This document shows positions 1-14,118 of a stretch of DNA of 64,000 bases, one piece after another (the stretch's first letter is position 1; every line of letters begins with the position of its first letter). The DNA is from the human T2T-CHM13v2.0 reference genome, Homo sapiens, in assembly GCF_009914755.1 (NCBI RefSeq), contig NC_060930.1. One strand, written 5' to 3'. A model generated the notes under the pieces. It had not been told where the DNA came from. It saw nothing but the letters and a program-made list of their open reading frames with translations, and made no database searches. The translations under genes and the position numbers were made by a program.

Positions 1-225
1 ACCAGAGGTGAGAACCGCTGTGTCCTCACATGGCAGAAAGTGGAAAGGCAGAAGGGACAAACTTCCTCTGTCAGGGCCTTTTATAAGGGTACCTAATCTC
101 ATTCATGAGGTCTCTACTCTCATGACCTAATCACCTCCTGAAGACCCCACCTCTTAATTCTTTTAGATTAGCCATTAAGTTTCAACACAAATTTTGGAAG
201 GAACACAAACATTTAAACCTTAGCA
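1..225 (-). mobile_element. MaLR LTR (MST/MLT1A-type), cut by window edge
   Basis: Typical MaLR motifs 'gtgtcctcacatggcagaa', 'catgacctaatcacctcc', ending 'aaacatttaaaccttagca'. Confidence 0.8.
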
Positions 226-1024
226 CCATGGTTTTTCTGTTCCCCAGGAGTTTAGACCTGGTTGGGTCTGAGGTGTGGTCAGGACATGAAAGTCGGAATG
301 TTATAGAGTGCCCATGGGCCCTGTGTGGCCAGCTCCCATCTGGGAAGCATGATGTGGTTTCCTTACTTACATATTCCTTCATTCCTTGCACTAAAAACTC
401 AGCCTGTAGCAGTATTAAGACATAGTTCAAAGAGGCTATGGCTCACCTCTCAGTACAGATTCTCTGAAGTGATGGTTTGGCAGCTGGTGTCTGTTTTAAG
501 AGGGTCTCAAACAGGATCTTGGTAAATTCTAAATTTTGAGAAGCATTACAGGAGAGGTGAAGTGGTGGGATCAGGAATCTCAGAGAGATTGCGAGAGGCA
601 GGGAGTGAGCAGGGAGTTCATGGAAAACCAATGACCTGTTTGAGTGGCTGTCATCCTGAAGGCTTAGTTACTGAGGTGTCATGAAGAAAGCCTTTTCTGA
701 TGAATTTGAACAGATTCTGAATTGCTATGAATATTTATTAATGGTGACCCAATGCCCCCAGATGAAAGTGATCTTTCTCTCTTTTAAAAATTCTAAACTC
801 TAAACATCTCTTTGTTTCATACGGATCTTATCCATTTCCATTAAAGCCATTATGTATCTTATCACATCAGGGAGCACTTTATTAACAGGGAAGCACCATA
901 TAAGCATTAGTTATTTATGTGTGTAGTATATAAGGACGTTAAAACCGAACAGGCTCAAGTTTTGAGATCCCACAGGCCTAGATGTCAACCAAACACACAT
1001 TTAAAAGTGAGGCATGAGAACATC

Positions 1025-1396
1025 TGTTATAGACGGAACACTTGTGTCCCCCAAATTCACATGTGGAAACTCTACCTCCTAATGTGATGGTATTAGGAGG
1101 TGGGGTCTTTGGGAGGTGGTTAGGATTAGATGAGGCCCTGAGGGTAGAGTTTTCATGAATGGGATAAGTGTCTTTATACGAGTCCTAAGACAGCTTGCTT
1201 CCTTTCTCCTCAATTTGAGGACACAGCAAGAAGACAGCAGTGTATGAACCAGAAAGTAGGCTGTTACCAGACACTGAATCTGCTGCTACCATCAGCTTGG
1301 ACTTTACAGCCTCTAGAACTATGAGCAATAAATATTTGTTGTTTAAGCCTCCCAGTCTGTGGTATTTTGTTATGGCAGCCTGAGCTAACTAATATA
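1025..1396 (+). mobile_element. MLT1A/MLT1A0-like solo LTR
   Basis: Starts TGTTAT; contains 'cccccaaattcacatgtggaa', 'ggactttacagcctctagaactatgagcaataaa'; ends 'ctaactaatata'. Confidence 0.85.
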
Positions 1397-2373
1397 ACAC
1401 TTGTGTGGGTTTGGCCAAGGTGATTTCTGAAAACAAGTTTTGTCAGCATTCACCCATCACCTACTTTGCAGGCCATATAACTGAAAGCTAAGAAGTCAGG
1501 GAAGGAGGTTAAAATTCAACAAGAAGTTTCTTTCAAAGAGAGATGTTTGAGGGCTGTGGCAGGAATCAGGGGGAATTGACTTTAGTCTTCTAGGGTAGGT
1601 AGGACCCAGAAGCTGATGTCTATTTCTATCTCTGGAAGGTTAAAGACTGTGCTGGATGCCACTTGCCAGGCTTTGGGATGAACAGAGGTGACTAGTGTGG
1701 ATGTGAACATCATTCCAAAGAAGGTGGGCCCCAAAATGGTGCCAGTTTGGGGATAGTTCTGTGATTCCACACAAGAAAATGGCCTGTAGGAGTGAGATAG
1801 CCTTAAAAGGGGAGTATCCTAGCAGGTACTAGGGACTGGGTGAAAAACCACAAGTTGCCAGGCATAGTCCATATGAAGGGGTTGGAGACTGAGGATTCAG
1901 TGGGGGTACCCATCACATCTATCCTGCTTCATTAGCTCTTTCATACTTTTACCTTCCCATCCCCTACCCACTGCTCTACCCTGGAGGAACCAGAGACAGC
2001 TTGGTGACTGGAGAAAGAGGGATAGAAGAACTTGGCTGGCAAAGAAGGTGAACATTTTCATCTTTCCTTTCTGACTTCCTGTTTGAAGGAAGACAGAGCT
2101 GGTGGGAAGGAGAGATTACGAGTATGGACTTGGGTGATTTTGACACTCAGCTAGATAAATTAAAATAGACCCAAACCTTCTTATCATCTTTGGCAGTTGG
2201 GGCGGGGGGTCTGGAAAAATAAACAGTTCTGCAGGAGCTGTCATTCAGAGAACAGGAACACCTTAGTCTGCAGTTGGGTTTGAGCTGTCTTTGAAGGGAC
2301 AGTAGCAGGGAAGAATAGAGTTTTCTGATTGAAACTTGTAAGTGCCACTAGTACAAAGAAATGGTTACAAATT

Positions 2374-2815
2374 AATTCACAATTGCAAAGATATGGAGCC
2401 AATCTAAGTGCCCATTGACTAATGAATGGATAAAGAAAATGTGGTATATCTACACCTTGGAATACTACTCAGCCATAAAAAAGAACAAAATAAAGTCTTT
2501 CACAGCAACTGGGATGGAGCTGGAGGCCATTATTCTAAGTGAAGTAACTCGGGGATGGAAAACCAAATACCATATGTTCTTGCTTAAAAATAAGAGCTAA
2601 GCTATGAGTACACAAAGGAATACAGAGTGGTAAAATGGACACTGGAGACTCAGAAGGGAGAGAGTGAGAGGGGAATGTGGGATAAAAAATTACATATTGG
2701 GTATGATGTACACTACTTGGGGGACAGGTGCATTAAAATCTCAGACTTCACCAATTCATTTATGTAACCAAAAAACACACACCAAAAGCTATTGAAATAA
2801 AAAATATATTAAAAA
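2374..2815 (+). mobile_element. L1PB-like 3' fragment (ORF2 C-terminus, 3'UTR, A tail)
   Basis: ORF 2415-2600 'EWIKKMWYIYTLEYYSAIKK' is the L1 ORF2p C-terminus; AATAAA and A-rich end near 2800. Confidence 0.9.
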
Positions 2816-2934
2816 ATACTATTGGTTGCAAAAGACTCCTTGAGGTCAGGGAATGTGTCAGATTCACCCTGCAGTGCTAAAAATGTGTTGTTCTTGAGTG
2901 GTAGATTTCCTATTGAAACCTGGGCTTTGCCTAA

Positions 2935-3108
2935 AGCAGAGGTTCTTGAACTTTAAGCCTGCATCAGAGTTACCAGCAGGGCTTAGTAAAATACAGATTG
3001 TTGAGCCTCACCCCTAATGTTTTGGTGAGGGGGACTTTTCCCTATGAAAAAGTTTGCTGGTGATGCAGATGCTGCTGTTTGGGGGACCACACTTTTATAG
3101 TACTGGCC
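2935..3108. mobile_element. MER5A-like hAT-Charlie MITE
   Basis: 'ctgcatcagagttacc...aaaatacagattg' and 'ggtgatgcagatgctgctg...ggaccacactt'. Confidence 0.75.
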
Positions 3109-3148
3109 TAAAAGAAATAAAGGAGGGCAGGGCTATCATCAAGTAATC

Positions 3149-3220
3149 TATTCATTCATTTGTTCATTAACTAATTCAACAATTATTTACAAAGGACCTA
3201 TCATGTGTTCTGTGCTGGGT
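3149..3220 (-). mobile_element. L2 3' end remnant
   Basis: (CATT)n-like tail followed by 'caacaattatttac...acctatcatgtg'. Confidence 0.6.
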
Positions 3221-4328
3221 GGGCCTGGGATTACTCAGCTGATCTAATTTGCCCAGTGAAGCTGCAGCATTTTCAACAGGAAGGAGGAATGAACGAGCTC
3301 TGAACCAACTTCTTTCTCTCCTACTCACTTCAACCTCACACAATGGTTTCAGTTTCCTTGTTTGGCCTTGTCCTGGTTGGAATTGAAGCCCTGCTTCATA
3401 TTTAATGGAGTCTTTTGTTCTCTCTTCACATAATATATTGATTCTTATAATTAGGCCTTTTTGCTTTTTCCCAAACTACATTACCAACATTAACAGCTAG
3501 CTTAAAATGCCATTATGAAACCATATGAGTCTTAGTGGAAGAGAAAAAAAGGAAATGAGCCTTTCTGAGCTCCGTCTCTTCCCGTAAGACGCTCCTCAGC
3601 TAGGGCAGTCTGGCAGTGTCTGCCTTTCCTCCCCTCCTCAGCTGCAATCCCCCAGGGCTTTCTGGCCAGTAGGCCAACTGCTTATTCAGCAATTCCCTGC
3701 AGATCAGAAGTATCAGGATGTGGTGGGTTGGGGATCCCCTATTTCCTTATTTTTTCACTGAGACCTCTGTCTTTTGAGACTTTGCATATACATTTGTATA
3801 CTGTCCTGGGCCTTGGCCTGCTCCATGGGGAAGTCAAGAGGGGATACTCAATCCTGCAGAAGTTCCCAGGTTAACAAACTAGACTTAGTTTTAGTGACTT
3901 TCTCTTTTGTATCCTTAAGTTTGCTTAGCCAAAGGCATATTTGGACATTCTGAGGCACCCAAGTTGTGATTTGAGATTTTCATTATGAACAAGGAGATTT
4001 TGAAGGCAAGTAGTTACTTTGATTTGAGATTAAAAAATATTTATTTTGTACTACTTATAGGCAAATGCAGTCTGGAGAGAGGAGAAAGCCTCAAAGTCAA
4101 GAAAAGTCCTGCAGAAGGACAGTACCTTGCAAATCTAGTGTGGGTGACAGAATGCTGGCTTTCCTTCACAGTCAGGGCCTCTGCATATGTTTTGATTGGA
4201 CTCAATTCAGGCCATGTTTACTAAGCCCCTGCCATGAGTAAGCTATCATGGCACACTGTGAGTGGGGCAATGAGATGGGGGTACAGTGAGGAAAAAGTAA
4301 TAGTCTTTGCCCTCTGGTGCTCAGAGGT

Positions 4329-4752
4329 TGTGATGGTTAATTTATGTGTCAGCTTGGCTGGCTATGGTACCCAGATATTTATTTAAACATTATGAATGTT
4401 TCTGTGAAAATATGTTTTTGGATGAGATTAACATTTAAATTAGTAGACTCAGTAAAGCACGTTGCCTTCTATATTGCGGGTGGGCCTCATCCCGTCAGTT
4501 GAAGTCCTGGATAGGACAAAAGATTGCCCTCCCAGGAAGAAGAGGGGATTCTGTCAGTAGATAGCTTTCAAACTGGAATGGCAACCTTGGCTCTTCCCTG
4601 GGTCTTCAGCCCACCTGCCCACTCTGCAGATTTTAAACTTCCCAGCTTCCATAATCATGGGAACCAATTCCTTAAAATAAATCTCTTTCTCTATATATAC
4701 ACACATATACATCCCATTGGTTCTGTTTCTCTGGAGAATACTGACTAATACA
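4329..4752 (+). mobile_element. MLT2 (ERVL) solo LTR with 5-bp TSD GAGGT
   Basis: TGTGATGGTTAAT...CTGACTAATACA termini; GAGGT at 4324-4328 and 4753-4757. Confidence 0.9.
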
Positions 4753-4999
4753 GAGGTCAAGACGCAGACTTAAATACACCAATCAGATTGCATCCTCAGA
4801 TGGATTAGTGTAGGAAGGTCCTGTGAGACTTGTCGAGAAGAGCCAGGAAATGTGGGTAAAGTGCCTACTCATGATGTGAAGGAAGTGAACTCAACCTGGG
4901 CCAAATGCAGAATCTCTTCTCTTCAGGGAATAAGAGAGTCTAGTTGGGGGTAGGAAGTGGGAGAGGAAAGTGCAAATGGAATTGGGTCACATCAGTATG

Positions 5000-5122
5000 C
5001 AAACAGACCAATGAATACTTTGAAAAATGGAGAGAAGTTGACTCATCAAGTGAAAGCACCTAAAATATATATCAGTTTTTCTTCTTTTCCATGAAACAAT
5101 GCTTTTTTCCAGAGAAACAAAC
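5000..5122 (+). repeat. 123-bp direct copy of 8566-8688
   Basis: Manual alignment gives 3 substitutions and 2 single-base indels. Confidence 0.95.
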
Positions 5123-5942
5123 CTAACATCGTGGAGGATGTTAAAGACCTTAGATTTTATTCTGTGTGTAATAAGTGTGGAGAGAAGAAAGAGAGGGAGA
5201 AGGGTTTTCTGTTTATGAGGAACACTCTGGTAGTGAGCATTTGGTGGGATTTGTACTAACTTTCAGAAGGGGACAGTTGAAGTGGAACTGAGACTGTGGG
5301 TAACAGACATGATCTAGTGACCTAAGAAAGCAGGAGAGTAGAAGGTAGGCAGACCGGGTCATGGAGGACCGTCTTCATAAGGAAGAGGAGAGACCCAGGA
5401 ATATTCAAAGCAGAGAGAAAAGTGTGACAGAAAGGGAGGCAAATAGGTGACAGGAAAGGTTTGCAAGAGGTGCAAGGGAGTTTGCTGTTTCAGGGTTCAG
5501 GGACCATTGCATCATTTGCACTTGTCGGCAAAGTCACTGTTAAGATGTCACAGTTTCTCTTGGAAAAGGAGTTCATCCTGGGTTGTTTTTCTGGAATAGA
5601 ATGGATTTGCTCAGATCTAACTGCAGCAATGTCTATCCAGTGTTATAAAAAATATGCATTTATGTGTCTGTGTGTGTGTGTGTCTGTGTCCCCAGAAGAG
5701 TCATCAGGCAGCATGGGATAAAAATTTTGACCCTAAAATTCTTCCATAGCAGCTTCTCTCACAAACCATGGACAGAAAGAGCCAGAACGTTCTGGTGTAT
5801 TTCCTGGCACACAACAGGTATTTACTAAATATCTAGTGAAAAAGAGGATGTGAGTGAATGGATCTCAGAGTGAGTCAGAAGACTCAGAAGTTACACTGAG
5901 TATGTTTTCGAATGCTGAGAGCTAAATGCACACACCTTTGTA

Positions 5943-6081
5943 TACACACACACACACACACACACAGAGCACCTACCATTTTAAATGCCTAGCATGGCAC
6001 AACCACTAAGCCTTTGACACCAGGGAAATGGCTCTGATTCGAGAGAGAGAGAGACAGAAAAAAAAAGAGAGCGAGAGAGAG
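5943..6081. repeat. (CA)n tract and nearby (GA)n tract
   Basis: (CA)n at about 5943-5966; interrupted GA-rich run at about 6041-6081. Confidence 0.9.
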
Positions 6082-6139
6082 ACTGGGGAAGTGTTTCAAG
6101 TTCATAGAAAGAATGAGGTTTATTCTTGCCCTACACTGA

Positions 6140-6305
6140 AGGGTCTCAATCTTGGCTACAGATTGGAATCATCTGAGGAGCTTTAAAAAATTACTTATGC
6201 CTAAGTTCTGACTTCTTTGGAATGGTGTATGGGTTGAGAGTCAGGATTTTAAAAAGCTCCTCCTGAGAGGATTCCAATGTACAGCCCAAGTTGAGAACCC
6301 TTGCT
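6140..6305. mobile_element. MER5-family MITE
   Basis: 'tctcaatcttggctacagattggaatcatctgaggagctttaaaa' and 'gattccaatgtacagcccaagttgagaacc'. Confidence 0.7.
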
Positions 6306-6312
6306 TTAAATC

Positions 6313-7055
6313 TCTGCTATCCATTTTGGTAGCTACTGGCCACATGTGGCTATTGAGTCCTTCAAATGTGACTGTCCTTGAAATTGGGATGTGCTGTAAG
6401 TGCAAAATACACACAGAATTTTGAAGAATTTGAAGTGAGAAGAACAAAAAATAATAAATAATATTTTATTAATAATTTTTATATTGACTGTAGAAGGCAG
6501 AATAAGACCCCTCTCCCTGTGATGTGCATGTCCTAATCCCCAGAACGTGTGACTACGTTTTATTATGTGGCAAAAGAGAATGCAGGTTGCAGGTGGAATT
6601 AAGGTTGCTAATCAGTTGACCTCAAATAAGATCATCTTGGATTATCTGGGTGGGCCCGATGTCATCAAAAGTTCTTAAATGTGGAAGAGGGAGGCAGAGG
6701 AGTCAGCATCAAAGTGATGTGATCTAAGAAAGACTCCACCAGCTATTACTGGCTTTGAATACAAGCAAAGGAAAGTGGGCAGCCTCTGTAGGCTGGAAAA
6801 GGCAAGAAAACAAGTTCTCCTCTAGAGTCTCCAGAAAAGAACATGGCCCCATCAATGCCTTGATTTTAGCTCAATGAGACCCATTTTGGACTCCAGATAA
6901 TACATTTATCTGGTTTTAATTCACTAAGTGTGTGGTCATTTAAGATATATTAAGAGCATGATTTTTATCAGTTTCTTTTTACTTGTTTTTAATGTGGCTA
7001 CTAGAGTATTCCAAATCACATGTGGCTTGCATTACGTTTCTATTAGATAAGGCTG
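6313..7055. mobile_element. MER3-like hAT MITE split by an MLT1D-like LTR
   Basis: Left half 'ggtagctactggccacatgtggctattgag...' to about 6488; right half resumes near 6941 with 'aatgtggctactagag...cacatgtggcttgcatta'. Confidence 0.75.
6489..6940 (+). mobile_element. MLT1D-like LTR lacking its 3' terminus
   Basis: 'tgtagaaggcagaataa...cctaatccccagaac...ggattatctgggtgggccc'; stops at 'gtgtggtcattt' without the usual '...ctaataca'. Confidence 0.8.
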
Positions 7056-7892
7056 TTTTTAGACCCTGCCGTCCTCTGGACAATTACTTTAGGGACTTCC
7101 AGTGCACGCTTCTGACACTAGTCAAAGTGGGAAGAACAGCAACCTCTATAGGAATGTCTGGCCTAACTGAAAATAGTTTACATTCTCATCTCCTGCTAGC
7201 TTGCTGGTAATAAGGATAGAAATTGTATCTCATGCCTGATTGTCAAATGAATAAATGGCCAGGGATTTTTTTGAATGAAAGCTTTACAGATTTGTAGAAA
7301 CTATAAAACTGGCCCAACCAAATAAATTGTTAGAGTTTTTGAAAGAAGTGGACATGAATTAGTATGTCCATTCAACATTGAAACGTAAGTCTTGGAGTTC
7401 TCTCAACAACGGTGCAACCACAACACTAAGGTAGTGTGGACCAAGACCACCATGTGCCTTTGGTGATAAGTTTCCTTTTTCTAATGAGTGCCTTTTTGGT
7501 TACAAGTAGTACATTTCATGTTTGAAGGGATAAGGTAGTTCCTTTTGCTTTTAGCGAATCTATAAGAGGAAAAATCAACCTAGAGTTGACGCTCTGGATG
7601 GGAGAGAATAGGAGTAAAATTGCGACCTAATTCCTTAGCACCCTTTCTTAGCAAGAGACAAGTAGGGGGGTCTCTAGGGGATTTGATCATGGGTGTTTAC
7701 AGTGTGCCTTTCATGGGGTACTTCTTTATCCTGGTCCAAGTGTTTGACCTGTGATCAGGTGTCCCTCTCACAAGAAACTTGGTTAGATTGGCAGATGTCC
7801 TTGTGCTCTTGTCTGAGCTGTGTTCAGTTTATTCCTACCAACATAGCCACACTCCAGGAGAGCCCTAACTGGGAAAGAAGTTAGATTGGTGC

Positions 7893-8465
7893 GTATTAGT
7901 CAGTTGAGACACAGAGGAGGCAGCTCAATAAAATACACGAAATACCAGGAGCAGTGTATTACTTACAAGTCCCAGAGAGAACAGAGCAGCATGCCTCACA
8001 GGGCCAAGGGAAAGGGGGAAGCCATCCTGGACATACACACTCAGGTGGGGATCAAGAGATAGTAAGGGACTTGTGTGGCCAAAGTCTTTGATGGGCTCCA
8101 GGTTGCTACCCAGGCGGATTCCCTATGGGGAGTTCTAATTGGTGGGTTTACAACCAGGAGGCATGAGTTCTATGGAGTCACGCTGTGACTAAGAGGTGGT
8201 CACCACAGCATTTCTGCACAGTCTATGTGGGGTGTATGGGTGAGTGGGGGTGAGTCAAGCGAGCTGTATAGTGAGCTGACCCATAGGCAGGTGGTCACCA
8301 GGAGGTGGTTGTTTAGGGCAGATATTTGGATTGACCATCCTGAGGAACTGGAGGAGGTGGAGAACTGGAAACTCTTTCAATGGTAACTAAAGTCTTCTGG
8401 TATAAGAAACTTAAACCTATATTCAAAATAGATACCAAGGCAAGAAAAAATCATAGGAACTCACC
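7893..8465 (-). mobile_element. Probable ERV solo LTR, family unresolved
   Basis: Begins 'gtattagtcag', resembling a reverse LTR end, with LTR-like GC-richer body; family not securely recognised. Confidence 0.5.
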
Positions 8466-8565
8466 CCCACTAAAGGGGGGTGAATAGTCACTTTTCGAGG
8501 GGCCATGGCTGGATAGAAACTGCCGGTCCTTGCTGCATTAGGGTATTTAGGTCATTTCTTGCCCT

Positions 8566-8688
8566 CAAACAGACCAATGAATACTTTGAAAAATGGAGAG
8601 AAGGTGACTCATCAAGTGAAAGCACCTAAAATATGTATCAGTTTTTCTTCTTTTGCCATGAAACAATGCTTTTTCCAAAGAAACAAAC
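8566..8688 (+). repeat. Probable donor copy of the 123-bp duplication
   Basis: Matches 5000-5122; lies in apparently unique sequence. Confidence 0.9.
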
Positions 8689-9327
8689 AGAGTTCTGAAG
8701 AAATTGTAATCAATGCCTTTCAAAATCAATAGTAATGATTTTGGATTTGAAGTACTGGAAATATTTGGAGAGTCGATGGCAACATTTGGAGCCATTTTGT
8801 GAGCCAAAGGGCTTTTGTTCTACACCTGGAAAATGCCCCAAACAATTACCAACAGTGTGTAATGTTCATAGTGCAAAATGACTGTCCCAGTGTGAGTGAG
8901 GAGCTCAGATGGTAGAAATCCACTTTGCCCAATTTAGCTCTTGGGACCACTGAAAATGACCCCTACATTGAATGGAATCCAGGAAAAGAGAAACCTCACT
9001 ACTTTCAGTTTGAGTGTTCTCCCTCAACCCTGATTATGCTGAGTGAAACAATGAATGTAGAGGAGAGTGTTTTCTGCATCTTCTTCACAGCCTCATGCCA
9101 GTATCTAACACACTTAATGCTACTTTATATTTCTGGCCAACCCCTATAATCCACTTACGATAGATTTTTGAACTGCTGTCGGTGCCCATGCCCTACCTCA
9201 TGCACCAGCAGTGATGGACATGTCCTCCATAGCTAATAAAAGAGAGACAGTTATCGGAACTATTTTCTAGTTGCAGGAAATTCTCCTGTGTGAGTAAAGC
9301 TCTCTGTTTGAAAAATGAACTGCTTAT

Positions 9328-9366
9328 GCTGTTCAGTAAGTTCACAAGCTGTTCAGTAAGTTCACA
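9328..9366 (+). repeat. Perfect tandem duplication, period 20 (GCTGTTCAGTAAGTTCACA x2)
   Basis: Read directly from sequence. Confidence 0.95.
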
Positions 9367-10019
9367 GGGGTGGAATTAGGATGGTACCCTCTGTGCTTTA
9401 ATTCCCCAAAATTCAAGATCCAACTATGAGGGATCCCTCCCAGTGATAATGTTGAGGTTGAAAACCTTTCCAGCATTTTTATATGTTCCCTTTCTTGTAA
9501 CTCTTGATCAAGGCTTCTTACAAAGCCCAGTCTTTCTAGGTCAGCTTCCTAACAAGATCAAGTCATAGGATTTTCTTTCGCCCTTGTACATCCGTCTAGG
9601 ATTATCTCTCCCACTTTATAAACCACCTTTCCTAACTCCCTTTGGTCCTTCTTAGGAAATTTTTCTTTCCTTTTTAATTCACGGATCGATAGAAGGCCAG
9701 CAGGAGTACCACCAAGTCATAGATTCATTCCTTCACCTCAAAATCAGTCACATCAAAGACAAAAATGCCACCAGTTTAGGTGAGCATGGAAAGCTTGGCT
9801 AGAAAGAGAGAGAAAGAAAGGTGAAGGAGAACACTTCTTAATATTTTCTCTCTTTACCCCTCAAAAATTTTTATGACTTGTTGCCAAAAAATGAGATAGA
9901 TTTGTTGCACGTTGCTTTGCTCCTTCTTTTCCGCTAACAGTATCTTAGCTTAGATGTATAAACTTAAGGACCAGAGGCTGGGGCAGATAAATATCTAGTC
10001 AAACTTCATTGCATTTAAT

Positions 10020-10620
10020 GCAACCTTCACTGGCCTTCCTATGTCTGCCCTTGTCCTCCTTTGGTCATAGTCAACAGAGCAGCTGGAGTGATTCTGTTAA
10101 AATCAAAGTCAGGTCACACGACTCCTATACCCAAAAGCCTCTGGTAGTTTCCCACTTCAGAGTAAAAGCAAGGCACCTGGAATGGCTCTAAAGCCCTATG
10201 TGATAAAATCTGCACTTACCTTTTTGACCTCAGCTTCCAGAACTTCGCACTTATTCACCTCTGCTCCAGCCACCTGGTTTCCTTGCTGTTCTTTGAATGT
10301 GACAGATACTTTTCTGCCTCCAAACGTTGCTCTTGTTATTCCTCAGTTTGGGAAACGTTTACCCAAGAGATGTATGTGGCTCACATCCTCTTTTTCTTCA
10401 GGTATTTTCTCAATTGTCAACTCTTTTCTGAGGCCTTCCTTGCCTAGTTCATCTAAAATTACAATACCTACCACACTGTTATTTAACTAAATTGTTTATT
10501 ACCTGTCTCCCTCAACCAGAATCTATGCACCATGAGGGCAGATATTTTGTCTGCTTTGATCACTGCCCTGTGGCTTGTGCTCCGGCACAGAGGAGGTAAT
10601 GATGCAATGTGTTGAATGAG
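10020..10620. mobile_element. L2 LINE 3' region
   Basis: 'cacttcagagtaaaagc', 'ctctgctccagccac', 'ccatgagggcaga', ending 'tgttgaatga'. Confidence 0.75.
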
Positions 10621-11786
10621 CAGATGCATCACATCACCCCACTGGGGGCCAGTCAAGCCATGAGATGGGAATAAATTAATTGCTCCCTCAACTGTGATCT
10701 GTCTTAACAGATGTTTTGTGGCTGTGACTACAGTGTTTGTGAAAGTTGACCTTGATAGTTTGTGAAGAAAATTGATTTGTCACTGATAGAATTGCAAGTC
10801 ACTGATGGAAAGTAAAATGATCCAGAGTGAGAAAGAGAATCAAAGCATCTTGATAACTGTCATTAACCAGGAGTAATGTCAAAGTAGCTCATCGAATCAC
10901 AGAAAATGAAAGTATAGGAACGTCAGCATCAGCCTTCCTGTGCTAAAATTCACTGTCATTGAGAGGTTGCTTTTCTGGGTATATTTTAAATATTCCCATC
11001 TGGTACATGATCAGGGTCTGTTAGGAGATGAAGCTTGATTTTGATCCTGGATTCTTTCAGTCCATCACATTTGGATAAGGGGGAAATACTGGATTAGTAC
11101 CAGACTTTGTCTATCCTTATGGAACATCTTGTTCATTTATTATGTTCATTCTCACCTTCTACCTTGTATAGAATATGTGCAATACAAATTAGGGGGCCTA
11201 TTTGTTTGTTTTTGGCATGTTAGTTCACAAAATGGTCAAACCAGCCATGCAACCTTGTCCTATTATTGATTATTCATCCAAGAATTGACTCCTGCTTGCC
11301 TGTGAGTAAACTACCTCATACTGGAGAAACTTTTGTCTGTGTAGCTCACACATCCATCAAGATATGGAATGTTACCCCAAGAACTATTGAAATAAATTTT
11401 TTAAATAGAGTATTTCCTTATCCGAGAAAATCCTTTTTCCCCTTCAAAGTCAATCCTTGCCTTTGCCCATACTCACAAGGAGGCAACAATTTTTCTGATT
11501 TATACCAACATAGATGAGTTTTGCCTATTCTTTAATTTCATTTAAATAGAATTGTATTGTGTCTGACTTTTTTTTGCTCAGCAAAATGATTTCGTGATTC
11601 ATTCATGTTGTCGCATATGCATGTATTAATAGTTTGCTCCTTTTTATTGCTGAGGGTTATTCCTTGTATGAATGTAACCACAATTTGCTTATTTATTCTT
11701 ATCTTGAGAATATTTTCCCCAACCCACCCAGTTTTATTGCTCTTATGAAGAAAGCTGCTATTGAAATTCATGTACAATACTTTTTA

Positions 11787-12315
<529 letters not shown>

Positions 12316-13322
12316 CTGAATGCTAAGAGAAATGTCCAAATATTCTCCTATTTTTTTTCTAAAAGCTTTATAGTTTTAAGTTTTACGTTTAGGTCTATGA
12401 TTCATCCCAAATTAATTTTTGTAAATGTTATGAGTTATGAGTTAAGTTTCATTTTGTTCCGTGCAAGGATACCTAGTGGTTCCAGCATCATTTATTAAAA
12501 AGAACTTCTTTCTCCATTGAATTGCTTTGGTCAAAATTTAATTTACCATATATATGTGGGTCTCTTTCTGGACTCTCTTATTTTATTCTGTTGATTTATA
12601 GGCCTATCTTTACACCAACATCTTGATTACTGTAGCTATATAGTCAGCCTTAAAATCAGATTATATAAATATATATTCTAACTTTGTTCTTTCTTTCAAG
12701 ATGGTTTTGTGGATTTTAGGTCCTTTACATTGCCATATAAATTTTAGCATCAGCTTGTGAATTTCTATGTGATCCCATAAGGAATTTTTATTGAAATTGA
12801 ATTCAATATATAGATCAACTTGAGGAGAATTGATTTAAGAATATTAAGACTTCCAAACCATGAACATTGTATATCTTTCCATCATTTAGGTCTTTAATTT
12901 TTCCTCCATACTGTCTTATAGTTTTTAGTGTAGAGATCTTTCTATATTTTGTGAAATTTATCTTTAATTATCTTATGCCTTAAAAGTGACTGTAAATAGA
13001 TTTTAGAAACATTTTATTTTAGAAATTTTCTTGCTAGTGTATAGAAACACATTTCATTTTTGTATAATGACCTTGTATCTTATGACTTTATTAAATTCAC
13101 TTAACAGATTTAGTAGGTTTTTAATTTGCAAATTCTTTGGGATTTTGTAAGCGGAAGTCATGTCATCTATGAATAAAGGCATTTTTACTTTTTCTGTTTT
13201 AATTTATATGCCTTTTATTATTTTTTATTGCCCAAGTTAGGACCCCCATTTACAATGTTAAATAGATGCAGCAAGAGAGGATATACTTGCTTCGTTTCCA
13301 ATTATAATAGGGGAGAGTTTAA

Positions 13323-13664
<342 letters not shown>

Positions 13665-13672
13665 CCATGTGA

Positions 13673-14118
<446 letters not shown>

